DNA of 61,675 nt, counting the filler, from Thelocarpon superellum (lineage: Eukaryota), in assembly GCA_026025795.1 (NCBI GenBank). It is 4 parts of 4 records of this genome, joined end to end, with 100 filler letters (N's around TTAATTAATTAA, not from the genome) between each part and the next. Parts side by side here need not be neighbours in the genome. Positions count along the whole stretch, not along the records: positions 31,118 to 46,390 come from JAPEUG010000412.1; positions 46,491 to 61,675 come from JAPEUG010000413.1; 2 more parts are not named here. One strand, 5' to 3'. The notes beneath the pieces are model-generated. The model did no database searches, was not told the DNA's origin, and saw nothing but the letters and a program-made list of their open reading frames with translations. Below, piece after piece: positions 37,007 to 48,294 of the stretch. The position numbers and the translations under genes were made by a program. The first letter of the stretch is position 1; each line of letters opens with the position of its first letter.

Positions 37007-39284
37007 CTTGAGGAGGGAGGTCCGATTAGGGTATTATGAGTGCTGGGCGAGTGTAGGACAGCAGAAGTGCCGGCTGCTGCAATGCCTTTTCGTCAGTGAA
37101 GCACGCGCAAGAGGGTGGAGTCAATTATCTCACCAGTCAAGGGCGGAGAGCGTGACGTCCGTTCAAGCCGCCGGAGGAAGGGGAAAGTCAAAGCACTTGT
37201 ACTTGGGCAAATCGTCTCATGCGTTGACACGAGAGTGAGGGCGGGCGGGGGCGGAAGCGGGAACGAGGGAACGTTGCAGGGGGGCCAGTGGTACTAGAAG
37301 TGGGAGTCAAGATGGAACAGGATTCCGATCGTGCAGGAGACTCGGGTGTGTCGGAGGTTGGTCAGTGTTGCACCAGGGTCGGAATATAAACAAGTCACCG
37401 CCAGGAAGGGAGTCCGGGTTAGCGTTGACGTACTCGTCCACTCGACGACCGCCGGGATCTGGATTCACTACGACCATTACGGACTCAAGCTCAGAACCTT
37501 GTCCTTCCGCCTAGGAGGTGGAGGGGCTCCCCACGACATCATCGTGGCGCCGGGCAGCGGCTCGGGAATGAAGGAATGGTGGGACGTGCATTGACTTCTG
37601 GCGCGAGTGATCGATCGTCGGACAGCTGCACCTCTCCCCGGAGTCGTGGGTCCCAGCGATCCAAGGGATCCGACGGTGCCTGCTCAGCGGTCCATCACCC
37701 GCTGCCCAAACCCTGTCTCTCCCCTTTTCGTCCTTTTTCTCAAGAATCCCATCCGGCTTCACCCTCTCTCCTTCACGCCCGATCCATGCTCATTTTGCGT
37801 GGCGGCTGCTCCATGTTGTGATGCCCTGCCGCCTATCGTTTAAAGCCGCCCTACGTCCTCCTCACACCGCTAGTCACGAAAATAGCAGTAGTAATCGCTC
37901 GCTTACTGCGATCCCACGGATGGCGCCGTCGTCGTCGGCGCCAGCGAGGGCATCCAGCGGGCATGTGGAAAGGGAGGTCGACCTACTCTCCTCCGCCCAA
38001 CAGCACCCGCGGCCCAAACCGCGACCGCACCATCCGTCATGAGACATTTAGATGGTTCGAAGTCGTTCTAGAGGACAATGCGTCCGTCCCTACTGAGACT
38101 CGAAGCGAGGGAAGACCCTGTTGAAGCCTAACCAGGCCGGGCAGTGATGATGACAAAGAGTAAGCAAAGTTGTCGCTGGACTTGGATCGCCAGGGATGAG
38201 ACCCGGTATGCTGCATGTTCGGGACTCGGCAACCGCATGGTTGTTGGGTGGATTGTGCGCGGACCGCCGTCGTTCCTGCGTCTGTGGCTTGCGTCTCGAA
38301 CGAGGCACCTAGCCGATCGACGGTCTCCTAGCGTGCCCCCACCACAGAAGCAGCGGTCCTTCGCGCCCGCGTCTGTCCTGACCTTGGTTCCAGAGCAGTT
38401 TCATGGGGCCGAGGGGATTGGAGAAGGCGCACACCTCGTTGCCAACCGGGATGCGTGCCTGCATGGGTGGTGGCTATGATGTTTTCGATGCCGCGTCCGT
38501 CGTCGACGGGCCCGGGTGGCTAGGTTCCACGGACATTATGTTCTACCGCTTGCTGGTCTGACTTGCAACCGGGTCGGACAACTCGTGCACATCTACCACT
38601 TGCGACGCACGACCGCGGAGGGTTGAACGCCCGGGTCTCGCAAGCCGTTTCCGTCCGAACCGTAGACTTTGCATGCAACATCGGTCAGTGCGAGTGTCTC
38701 CTTGCGTGTACGAGCTTCACCCTGCGGTGGGATGGGAAGCAGACCCTCGGCAAACCGATTGGCATCCCCAGGTCGACCGTCCCCTCTCAGCACCGTCGTC
38801 GAAGCGCGACCACCAAGTCCATCACGAAGCTTACGTCAAAGGGCCCGATGTGACAGGCACAAATGCACTACTGTCCATCTTTTACGGGAACAAAAGGAAA
38901 ACGGAGCTCGCACCCTGATCCCAGTCCATGGGGTAGGGTATTACGAATTCAGAGACACGGTAAGATGGCGAGCGGCGTAGGACACATCTTCAACTCTCAA
39001 ACTAGAGGCGCCACGGACCGAGGTCAGCCTACGCCAGGGTCCCAATCCTTGCGCTGACACCAATGTGCCCAACATCTGGCTTCCGCTTAAACAGCTCGCG
39101 CACGCACATGTTCGAAGCATCCTCTGCTGTTGGTGGTCCCTGACCTAGAATCACCCGCTGCCCGTTGTCAGACCACGGCCGAGAAGCGCTGACCTTCATG
39201 TGAAGAATGTGCGGTGCGCATTCCGTGTCGTCGCCCAGGTAAGTCCACAATGGCACAAAGTCCATACCCTCCCACCACCAGTCC

Positions 39285-39389
39285 GTGTATGGCAGTGCAC
39301 CGATAGACGTCATGAGGAATCAGAGCTCGCAATGGGTGTATGGCAGTGCACCGATAGACGTCATGAGGAATCAGAGCTCGCAATGGGTG
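39285..39389. repeat. Perfect 51-bp tandem duplication (2 copies)
   Basis: GTGTATGGCAGTGCACCGATAGACGTCATGAGGAATCAGAGCTCGCAATGG occurs at 39285 and again at 39336. Confidence 0.95.
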
Positions 39390-39978
39390 GCAACCGCCGA
39401 TCTGTAGGAGACAACCAGTGTCCTTGGACCGCACCGGGTCACACCAGGCCTGGTACGCGGGAGCACACTTATTCAATGAGCCACAGGCGAACTTTCCATG
39501 GTGGTTACCGCAGAGAGGAATGGACTTGGGCGCGTACCACGTTGGACTTGACAATGGGTCGTGATCGACGCTACCTGAACAGGGAGGCCCGTGGGTGTGG
39601 GGTAAGATAGCATGGTTGCTAGATATGGCGGACCCTCGCTGAAGGGTAGAGATGCATGTTACACGGGGTTCGGTCGTCACGGTACCATCTGCATCAAGTC
39701 GTTGTAGCGTGGACCGCTGGCATAACCTCTCCAACAGGATGAGCAGCTCGAGGCGACATTATAATCCAGGTGTGGCAGCGCCGGTAGATACACGGCGTCC
39801 GGACGCGACTCGGCCGTCGCCTACATACATCATGATCAAAGACACCACGGACAGCATGCCATGGCACTCTCCCCAATCTCGAAAGCGCCAACGACCGGCC
39901 CTCCCAATGTTTTCCGGACACAACGCACGACGCACGACGCACGACGCACGTCTCTGACGACGGTCAGCGACTGAAATG

Positions 39979-42429
39979 CTACCGCGCCTCCGGATCCCTG
40001 ACCGAGGCCTCATCCAGATTCCCACGATTGTCCTGCACCACCAGTCGCACGTCTTTGATCGGATGGAGGAGCATGCCCGGCAGACACATGCGCCCTTCAT
40101 TGGCCACCTCCTCCTCCTCGCCGCCATCGTTGTTGATCTTGAATCCAAGCCACCGCTTCCACAGGTTCGGCGCGAAGCCGGCGTTGTAGAACCAGGTGGT
40201 GCCGAGGAAGTTATGCTGTCGACCGCCAAAGACGCTGGTGCGCGCGCCCCCCGTCGCCCCGTTGCGCCCTCCATTGAACACCGCGGCGAGATAGGTGGGG
40301 GGCCAGTCCCGGTCGATGTAGACGGGATGCGGCGCGTACACGGCTTTGAGGCCATGATGTAACGCGCACGAAGCCGGCCACATCTCCGAGAACATGCTGT
40401 GTCGCAGCAGCAACGTCTCCTGGTGCATCGTATGGAGCAATCGCCGCGACAAGCGCAGGGTCGTGATGGTGGCGGAGCGTCGCGGGGGCATCCCCTGCGA
40501 CGTGTTGTACCCCGTCACGTCGTCGGACAGGATCCACTCGGTGCCGTCGGGATCGAACATGGGATTGAAGCTGATGAGGTCGGCTTCTTCCCCCACGCCC
40601 CACTCATATCGATCCTTGTCATACGAGGTGGGCGGGACGGGATCAGAGTCCATGGCGACCTCATCGTCTGCCGGCCGCACCGGTCCCCAGATGGGGTCAT
40701 CGTGCTTGCTCTTCACCCCAGGCCCCTTCGCGTCGTTGGGCGCGAGGGCACTCCAGATGTTATTGGCGTTGTCCGTGCCGTATTCGCTCTGGACGCGCAC
40801 CATCTGTTTGAAGTCGTCCCACGACCCATGCACGCTCGGCACGTAGAAGCGGCCGCTGCGCTCCCAGAGCCCTTTGCGTGGCTGCTCCTTCGACCAGGAG
40901 CTGACGCGATCCAAGAGATGATACAGGTGGCCCGTGTACCGCGCATCCATTTCCCAATGCCAGAAGTACTCGTATTCCGGATGTTGCTCCGCGAACCAGT
41001 GCACCGGCAGGTAGGTGCTGCGGTAGGCTCCATGGACCGGCAGGCTGCGGAAGAAGGTTTCCTGCAGACCGCCATAGATCAAGCCCATCTGGCGCTCCGT
41101 CCACAGGCTGGCGAGACCGCGGAACTCTTCGGGGATCGAGATGCGCAACACGTCTTCGTACACTCTCTCGTCGGCCCAGATCTGGGCGTTGTCATCCTGC
41201 ACGTGGACCAGGATGTGCACGGTGTATTCGCCGCCCGACAAGAGCGACAGCTCGGAGATGAGCGAGCGCAGGAAGAGAATGTCGGCCTCGCGGTAATCGT
41301 ACGTCCACCATGTCCGAATGAGCACCGCCGTTCGGGGTAGAGTACGCTTCGTCATTGGCTGGACCGGACCATCGGCAGCATCGTGGCCGCCGTCTGCGTG
41401 CGGCTGGTGCGTCGGACGGAGGCCAGGGAGATAGAACGCCGGTCGTCGCTCGGTCTCTGGCGTGGCGGCAAAACGATGACGGTTCAGCTGGTGACACCGA
41501 TCTTGCAGCTCGGCCCAACGAATGTTCTGGTAGTCGATCTCCCCCCCCTGGGCCCAGACGTCCTCGATGCCGTCGCGATCGCCGTGAAGTCCAGCTCCGG
41601 TCCCGCCTCTTGCCACGCTGTATCCGTAGCCATACGGACCGAACCGGCCGTATCGCTCGTAGCAGAGGTCATCGCGGAGGCCGAGCGTCTCAGCCGAGCC
41701 CATGACGGCCTCGGGGAATCCTGCCGGGACGCCGGGATACGCTTGGATGCCTCGCACGGTATCGCTCAGGTTGGTGTCTCGGACACAGTCGTGGACCGGA
41801 CCGAACTCAGCAAGGTACTTCGGCGAGGCATAGTCCGGATATGGGTCGAAGCGAATGCTCGCCGGTGGCTTGCTGCCACGAGGCACGCGGCCGCCCAGAA
41901 ATGCGGGCTCCTCGTCGCTCGATCGCGGGTATTCCGGCACGTTCTCGGCGCGCGAGACCAGGGTTCGTAAGCCGCCGTAGTATCGCTGCAGAAAGGGGAA
42001 CGTTCCCCATTGCGGAGGGGGAAGAGGTCGATTTTCATTCACCGTTGCCACCTGCCGCGACGAGACGTAGCTCATGCGGATCAGGCTCGCGATGATCATG
42101 ACGACCGTGGCAATGAGGAAGAGGCAGAGATAGCGCACGGTCCGGTGGGGAAGTTTGTAGCATCTTCGTCGGTGCGGAGGTGTTTTTGCAAAAATGGGAG
42201 TGCGATAAGTATCGGACGCATGTCGTGAGGAGGTGGAGTAGCTGGTTCGGCTTGACCGGTCGGAGTGGAAGGAGGTGGAAGCGCTGTCCGGTGATGAGGG
42301 TGCCTTCTCGGGGTCGGGCAAGTAGAGTGAATCGTCGAAGTCATGCGTATCCACCGAGGAGAAGGAGCTGTGGCGATAAGGGGTCTTTTTGGACGCTCGA
42401 GGCAGGTTGGGCATGGGGAAAGGGAGCAT
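39979..42429 (-). CDS. DUF3405 family type-II membrane protein
   Basis: Intronless 816-aa ORF with a single N-proximal TM (YLCLFLIATVVMIIASLI). Motifs RTAVLIRTW, LRSLISELSLLSGGEY, YFWHWEMDARYTGH, QPRKGLWERSGRFYVPSVHG and SCALHHGLKAVYAPHPVY. Confidence 0.88.
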   Translation of the reverse strand: MLPFPMPNLPRASKKTPYRHSSFSSVDTHDFDDSLYLPDPEKAPSSPDSASTSFHSDRSSRTSYSTSSRHASDTYRTPIFAKTPPHRRRCYKLPHRTVRYLCLFLIATVVMIIASLIRMSYVSSRQVATVNENRPLPPPQWGTFPFLQRYYGGLRTLVSRAENVPEYPRSSDEEPAFLGGRVPRGSKPPASIRFDPYPDYASPKYLAEFGPVHDCVRDTNLSDTVRGIQAYPGVPAGFPEAVMGSAETLGLRDDLCYERYGRFGPYGYGYSVARGGTGAGLHGDRDGIEDVWAQGGEIDYQNIRWAELQDRCHQLNRHRFAATPETERRPAFYLPGLRPTHQPHADGGHDAADGPVQPMTKRTLPRTAVLIRTWWTYDYREADILFLRSLISELSLLSGGEYTVHILVHVQDDNAQIWADERVYEDVLRISIPEEFRGLASLWTERQMGLIYGGLQETFFRSLPVHGAYRSTYLPVHWFAEQHPEYEYFWHWEMDARYTGHLYHLLDRVSSWSKEQPRKGLWERSGRFYVPSVHGSWDDFKQMVRVQSEYGTDNANNIWSALAPNDAKGPGVKSKHDDPIWGPVRPADDEVAMDSDPVPPTSYDKDRYEWGVGEEADLISFNPMFDPDGTEWILSDDVTGYNTSQGMPPRRSATITTLRLSRRLLHTMHQETLLLRHSMFSEMWPASCALHHGLKAVYAPHPVYIDRDWPPTYLAAVFNGGRNGATGGARTSVFGGRQHNFLGTTWFYNAGFAPNLWKRWLGFKINNDGGEEEEVANEGRMCLPGMLLHPIKDVRLVVQDNRGNLDEASVRDPEAR

Positions 42430-43205
42430 CCTGACGGCGCAGTCAACGAGGGCCCGCCTCAGGATGTCAAGGTGGTGCGGTGGGGTTCTTGGCGATGGAG
42501 CAGGGCCTTGAGCATCGGAGAGAATGGAGGACGACGGGCCGGAGAGCCTGGCTCATTTCACGATCGTGATGGTGGTGAAATAATCGCCCATTTATACGAT
42601 ACTACGCGGGCATGGTAACGTTCGCTCTCCGAATCCAAGATTCGTGCCCGTTTGTCGGCGACTGTTGACACGAGTGCGGTGGTTGCGACCGACAACCAGC
42701 CCATAGCCAATCAAGGCCGGGCTCGCTTGGCTCCCTCGGTTCGGCCCATGCATAATACCTATCGCGGTTTGGCGTCTTTGTCCCTCGCTATCGGATTCTG
42801 GACGTGCTGTCTCGCTTACGACTGACAGATTGCCCACCATGACGTGTTAGCTTGTCCTGGTTGGGAATCGACCATGCCCTCAACTGAATGCAGGACGAGC
42901 GCCGTTGGGCAGGGTCATGGGCCCATTCCAACGGGCAGGGATACTCTGAAATCTACCATTGTAAGAACACAGAGGTTGCAGGCTAGAGAGGGCTAAGCTG
43001 GGAATCGTCCGCAATGGCAGCTGCGCCGGCAGAAGGGTAAGCAAGCACGGCGCATATCCCGCAATTCTCTTATCGTCGTCCAGCCCTATAGTCAATCGTC
43101 ATCGTCTCATCATCATCGGTCATACTCTTCCTCCCGCTCACGCATCATCGGCCTCCCCTTTCCAGCTCTCCCCCCTTTCCGTGGGTGTGGCGGTCCCACG
43201 ATCCA

Positions 43206-44051
43206 CTACACTGCAACGCTCGCGAGGCGCAACGCTGGAGATCCAGTGAGCGAAGACGGGTGGAGAGGAGCCTCACAGGAATGTGCCTCGGCGAGCTTCT
43301 CGGTGGTCTGCCCCCCGACCCACCAGATGGCCGCGCTGATGATGGCCATGACCACGTCCAGCTCCGTCTGATCACGCGGGGCGTAGATCATAACGAAGCC
43401 CAGGGGCACAAAGTTGGCCAGCCAGCCCCCTTTGGCCAACGGATGCCGCTCCCCCCACCCCCGCTCCAGCACCCATTGGATGTCCTGCGGGTGAAGAGTC
43501 ATATGCAAGCTCCCATCACTCGGATGAGCGTGACAAATCTCACCCTGGCAGGTCCGATTGAGCGGCGACATCAGGAAGAGCCCCGTCCCGTGCTTCTCGA
43601 AGCATGACGTGCCCAGCTGCAACGCCGCGGGATATCGCCGCGCCAGGGCCTTGATGTGTGTGTCCAGCGCCAGGTAGCTCGCACGGCTGCCCCGCTGCGT
43701 CATCTGTCGCTGCGGCGCGATGCCCGCCACGATGGGCCGGGGCGAGGCGCGGCTGGGGAGCCGGTAGAGACTGGTGCAGAGAAGGCCGGTCTGCGGGCAG
43801 AGTGTCTTGGTCACCGGCGGCGCCTCATAGCGATTGCGAAGGGCGAAGACGCGGAGCACGGTGACGCGGAGGTAGCCAGGGAGAGTGCATGGTGTGCCGC
43901 CGGGACCCAGGCTGAGGAAGGCCGTGTAGTCCTTATAGATGAGGTAGGAGGTGAAGACCATCACGGTCATGACGAGGGCCACACCTAGTCCATGCAGGTC
44001 TCGCACCGACACACCGAGCTCATGGTGGGCAGTGGGCCCGAGGGGATTCAT
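43206..44051 (-). CDS. Fungal luciferase (Luz)-like / DUF5519 family protein
   Basis: Intronless 281-aa ORF. N-terminal TM, then KDYTAFLSLGPGGTP, PQRQMTQ, TSCFEKHG, EICHAHPSDGSLHMTL, GWGERHPLA and IYAPRDQTELDVV, in the motif order of the Luz family. Confidence 0.82.
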   Translation of the reverse strand: MNPLGPTAHHELGVSVRDLHGLGVALVMTVMVFTSYLIYKDYTAFLSLGPGGTPCTLPGYLRVTVLRVFALRNRYEAPPVTKTLCPQTGLLCTSLYRLPSRASPRPIVAGIAPQRQMTQRGSRASYLALDTHIKALARRYPAALQLGTSCFEKHGTGLFLMSPLNRTCQGEICHAHPSDGSLHMTLHPQDIQWVLERGWGERHPLAKGGWLANFVPLGFVMIYAPRDQTELDVVMAIISAAIWWVGGQTTEKLAEAHSCEAPLHPSSLTGSPALRLASVAV

Positions 44052-46390
44052 CCTCGCTGGTGGCGGACAAGAGTGGGGTCAATGACATGGGGCCTGAGGC
44101 ACATGGAGCTGGGTCAGCCATACCTATGCACGGGGTGGCGAGGACACAATGGGTTCAGGCTACGACTCCCGAGACCAGAGCGTCGTGAGGCAGGGAATGA
44201 GATTGGAGATGTTGGCGACACCGTGGTCGAGGTATTATCGACAGACTGCGCACTAGAAGGGAATGTGGAGAGAAAGACTGACGAGGCCGGCGGGGTAGAG
44301 CAGAGCAGAGCGGTTCTGCTAGAGATGGCAACGAAGGAGGGGGTGGTCCTTCACCCGTAACGAAAGAAGCCCGAGAGCACGGGAGTTGGCACCGCAGTAA
44401 AATCGACGGACACACTCACGATGCGTCTCCAGCAATCCAATCGGCTGGCCCGGCGGATTTTACACTGCATACGAAGCCATTAGGGACGGCTGCCGGTCTC
44501 GTGTGAGCACTTCCATCCACCGTGGCCTACACACCCCGTGGCACGCCACACACACGACCAGACCCGGTCCCCATTCGCGTGGAGCAGTAGCTCGCACGCC
44601 TGGCGGCAACGTCACGGCGTTCCCACCGGGCCAGGCACGACCGGCGCGTTGCCCTGGAACCACCGGCGACTCTTCTCCCGGGGAAGAGCGCCGTCTCACG
44701 TCATAGGGCAATAATGGGTCATCAGGACCGTGGAGGGGAGAGGGTAGAGGCAGGGGCCACCATTGGCACGAAGCCTAGTAGGCAGGAGGAGGGGAAGGAG
44801 GGATCCTACTTTTACCATCCGTCCCGAGTAGAGAACGGATGGTACTCGGCCTTCGGTCTGTACTCGCCCAACGCTCGCGTTTCCACGCTGCCCATTGATC
44901 AGCGCGGCCGCTTGGTGGGCCTAAAGAGGGGCCACCCCTCCAGGTCTGGCCCAGTATTCTACGACTCATGGCGCTGGTCGAGATGCGCGCCGCCTGGGAA
45001 AGCCCCTGCAATCATGTGCTGCGTGTGGGCCGACACGCTCGATGTGTCCGGTGGGGAGAAGGGAGACGGTCCGTTGCAGCGCGGTGCATTTCGTTACAGC
45101 ACAGCGTAGTCGCAGGGTGCTCGTGACACCTGAACGATGGGGCCCGGTCGTGCCGTTTCATTGGACTCGTGATCGGAAGTAATCTTTTCGGCGGCAGGGA
45201 TTGGCTCGCCCTGAGGAATTTAGCGAAAGCCGTCCAAGGTTGGGGCGGGGCCTCGCCCAGCGACGTCGGAGAGTCATCTACTGTGGTTATGGTGCACCGA
45301 CGGTGTGCGATTCACGCCATGCTAGAATGCCGATCTTTTTGGAGGGCATCTCGATGGCGAGGGTCTCATCTCTTGTCATGTGCCTCTACTCTGCTAGGAG
45401 ATGAGGAGAGTATCAGCCGAACGAAACATCACAATAGCACCCGGAGGGCGGACGGGGGGTTTGCCCCGCCAGCTGAACCTTCGCCACCGTCGCCCAACGT
45501 CGATCCGATGTCGGTACGTACGCGTGCCACCGTCTACTCAGTCCCTCCGTCGACACCTCTCACTGCAGAGCCAGTGCCTCCGTCCATATCCATTGGACGC
45601 ACGGGCAGCAGCCGAGAAAGGCGGGATTCGAGATGGTGCCCAAGCCAACTGCAGCGCCAGGGGCAGACCAATTTGAAATCGCTGGCCTCGACGCCCACGC
45701 ACGAGGCTGGATACGTGGACAATTCTCCCCCAAATCTAGGCGTCAACCACCTCGAATTCCTCCATCTGCTGCAGCTAGCCACCGTGCAGGCAAGATGAAC
45801 CCGATCCTGATTGTGTCAGGTCGCGTGCTGGTGCACGGGGGTGGAGCAATGACTCGGGTGCTCGACTCATTCAAGTAGCCGCTTCCTACGTATTCTCACG
45901 CGCATCTCTCTCTTCCAAAAAATAGACCGTATTTACGCCTTGGGAGCGCCCCATACTGGTGAAGATAATTTTGCCCATGGAGTAGGGAATGCCTCGGATG
46001 AATGATTCAGTAAACGGCAAACTCCCAGCTCGCTATGCTCATGCGCTGATGCTGATATTGATCAGTCTGGGGCTTGGCTTGTAGATACCTCATCCACGGC
46101 GTCCGTGTCCGTTGAGCATGAACGTTCCCGGTGCTGTATAGCTTACCTCCAATTGGCGTGGCGATCTGCTGGATGAAGAAGAGCGGACGTCGAAAGCCAG
46201 CCACTCAGCGACGAGAGAGAAGGGAACACTGCGTTCCCTGCATGAGTCCCGCTCTTTCCGATGTGTCGTATGCTGCCCAACACGTATGGTGTGGTCTAGA
46301 TGGGGTGCTCTGTTGTATGCTGTCGGGGGTGCCATTCGACGCACCTCGCCACGCTGACGCTTGGGTAAGACGAACGAGGGAGCCGGGAGA

Positions 46391-46490
46391 NNNNNNNNNN
46401 NNNNNNNNNNNNNNNNNNNNNNNNNNNNNNNNNNTTAATTAATTAANNNNNNNNNNNNNNNNNNNNNNNNNNNNNNNNNNNNNNNNNNNN
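46391..46490. other. Artificial contig linker (44 N + TTAATTAATTAA + 44 N)
   Basis: Seen directly. Spacer at 46435-46446. Confidence 0.99.
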
Positions 46491-47267
46491 ACGGGAAAGA
46501 TCATCCGACGGGAGCCATTGGTAAGATGGCCCTGCACATTCTTGCCGCCGTGACGGGAGCTGACCGCGGCAGTCCGACGGTGAGGCCGCCTGGACGAAAC
46601 TCGTCAAGTAAAGGCTCGAGACTCCCGACATGGCCCTGGTTCGATGCTGACGCCGTCTCCGGTCTAGAACGACCTACACCGACCCCAATGGCAAAGTTCG
46701 TACGTGGGAGTCGGCCGAGCGCCGCACGCGGCCCGCCGACTCCTTGATTGATGGAGTGGGCATCATTGCCATCCTCCAGCGGCCCACGGGCCCGGAGCTC
46801 CTCCTTCAGAAACAGTTCCGACCCCCCGTCGACAAGGTCTGTATTGAGGTGCCGGCCGGTCTGGTCGATCCAGGCGAGACCCCTGAGATCTGTGCGGTGC
46901 GCGAGCTGAAGGAGGAGACGGGCTACGTGGGGGAGGTGGTGCGGGACGGCACGGGCATCAGCCCTTTGATGTTCAACGGTAAACGCCCCATGTGCTCTCA
47001 GTCATGTGGATCCTCATGGACTGCGCAGATCCGGGCTTCTGCAATACAAATCTAAACATGGTGCACGTCACCATCGATATGTCACGACCCGAGAATCGGG
47101 ACCCGAAGCCGGAATTGGAGGAGAACGAGTTCATTGACGTTTTCACCGTCCCCCTGAAGAACCTCTATCGGGAGTGCCGCAAATTCGAGGAGGAGGGTTA
47201 CGCAATTGATGCCCGCGTCGGCTCTCTCGCTGAAGGGTTCGAGGTGGCGCGAAAATGGAAGCTTTGA
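46491..47267 (+). CDS. YSA1: ADP-ribose pyrophosphatase (Ysa1/NUDT5-like Nudix hydrolase), 5'-truncated
   Basis: Exons <46491-46520, 46573-46607, 46668-46978 and 47029-47267. Motifs [31 protein letters not shown], Nudix box [31 protein letters not shown] and ENEFIDV. Confidence 0.92.
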
Positions 47268-47282
47268 ACGTCACGGCTCGCG

Positions 47283-48294
47283 TCAGTACTGACACGAGGC
47301 GACGGGGTTGGGGAGTCTGCCCTCGCGCCGCAATTCTTGATACAGGGCCCACGCCGCGAGGGCCTTGGCATCTCTCGCGCCATGTCTCCAGACATGCTCC
47401 AGTGGCACTAGCTGCAATGTGATCTTCTCGCCGTGGCCTCTCAGGCCAGTGAGCTTGCCTTGCCACTGGTCGAGCTGCGCTCGTGGTACCTGCCGCTGGT
47501 GCAAAAAGATAGGCACGAACTCATCGCATCCGCCGGGGCTCGGGTAGACGCCGCGCGGTAAATCTTCTCCCGTAGTGTCCTGGAGCGAGTCGATGCCGAG
47601 CTTGGTCATGTCCGTCAATTCGTCCTCGGGAATCTCCAGCCCGATCTCCTCTTGGATCTCCTTGGCCGCGGCTCCGGCAAAGGTCCCGCTGTCGTCAATC
47701 ATTCCCGCCGGAAGCTCGATCATCGACAGGGAGCCTGCAGGAACGCGTGGCTGCATGGTCAGGAGTACGTATTTGTCCTTCTCCGAGTGCTGGGAGACGT
47801 CATCAGGTTGAAGAATCACCTGAGAGATGGAGCGCGAGCGTCAGTCCAGTCCGCGACGGAACCACACGGAGCAAGGTGGCCGTTACCATCATGCCCACGC
47901 TGCCGCCACGCAGGAAGACGGAGCCAGGCAGCTTCTCCCCATCGGCGTTTGTGACTTCCGCTTGGAGTTTGACGAAGCCAAGCCGTTTCCCACCAAATCG
48001 ATCGACCGACTGGACGGTGATCTTGCGGAGGTGGTATGGAGACGGGTGAAAGGGATGTCCAGGTTGCGAAGCCTGCAAGGAGAGAGAATGTTGGAGGGTG
48101 GAAAGCCACCTGGTGAAGGCTGGAAAGGCGAGGAGCTGCTCTTGGGATAGGTCGGGAGTCAGCTCAACTGAGACCTTGGGCGTGGTATTGGCCAACTCAA
48201 AGGTGGACATGGCTCTGGGGAGCAATCTCGAAATGAAAAGCGGGACAGAGGCTGTGGAACCTGATCGTGGTTGAAGCCGACCCAGGGACAGCAT
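47283..48294 (-). CDS. Nudix hydrolase 14-like (ADP-sugar pyrophosphatase type)
   Basis: Exons 48294-47887 and 47819-47283. Motifs VDRFGGKRLGFVKL, LPGSVFLRGGSV, QPRVPAG, IELPAGMIDDSGTFAGAAAKEIQEEIGL, YPSPGGCDE and GLRGHGEKITL. Confidence 0.9.

Noticed and set aside
39234..39246. Minus-strand ACTTACCTGG resembling the U1 snRNA 5' end
   Set aside because: No U1-70K loop, U1A loop (ATTGCAC) or Sm site follows. It is simply the complement of a CAGGTAAGT donor-like word.
39285..39389. CRISPR-like repeat
   Set aside because: Two directly abutting copies with no spacer, in a eukaryotic context with no cas genes.
44100..46390. ORFs upstream of the Luz-like gene (for example 45169-45798) as bioluminescence-pathway genes
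   Set aside because: No PKS, FAD-monooxygenase or fumarylacetoacetate-hydrolase motifs. The composition looks non-coding.
36142..47267. A functional cluster of SOD, DUF3405, the Luz-like gene and the Nudix genes
   Set aside because: The Nudix genes lie across an artificial junction. SOD, DUF3405 and the Luz-like gene are co-oriented but share no evident pathway or regulatory motif.
47253..47267. C-terminal WKL of the Ysa1-like protein as a PTS1
   Set aside because: Trp at the -3 position does not fit the small-residue PTS1 consensus.
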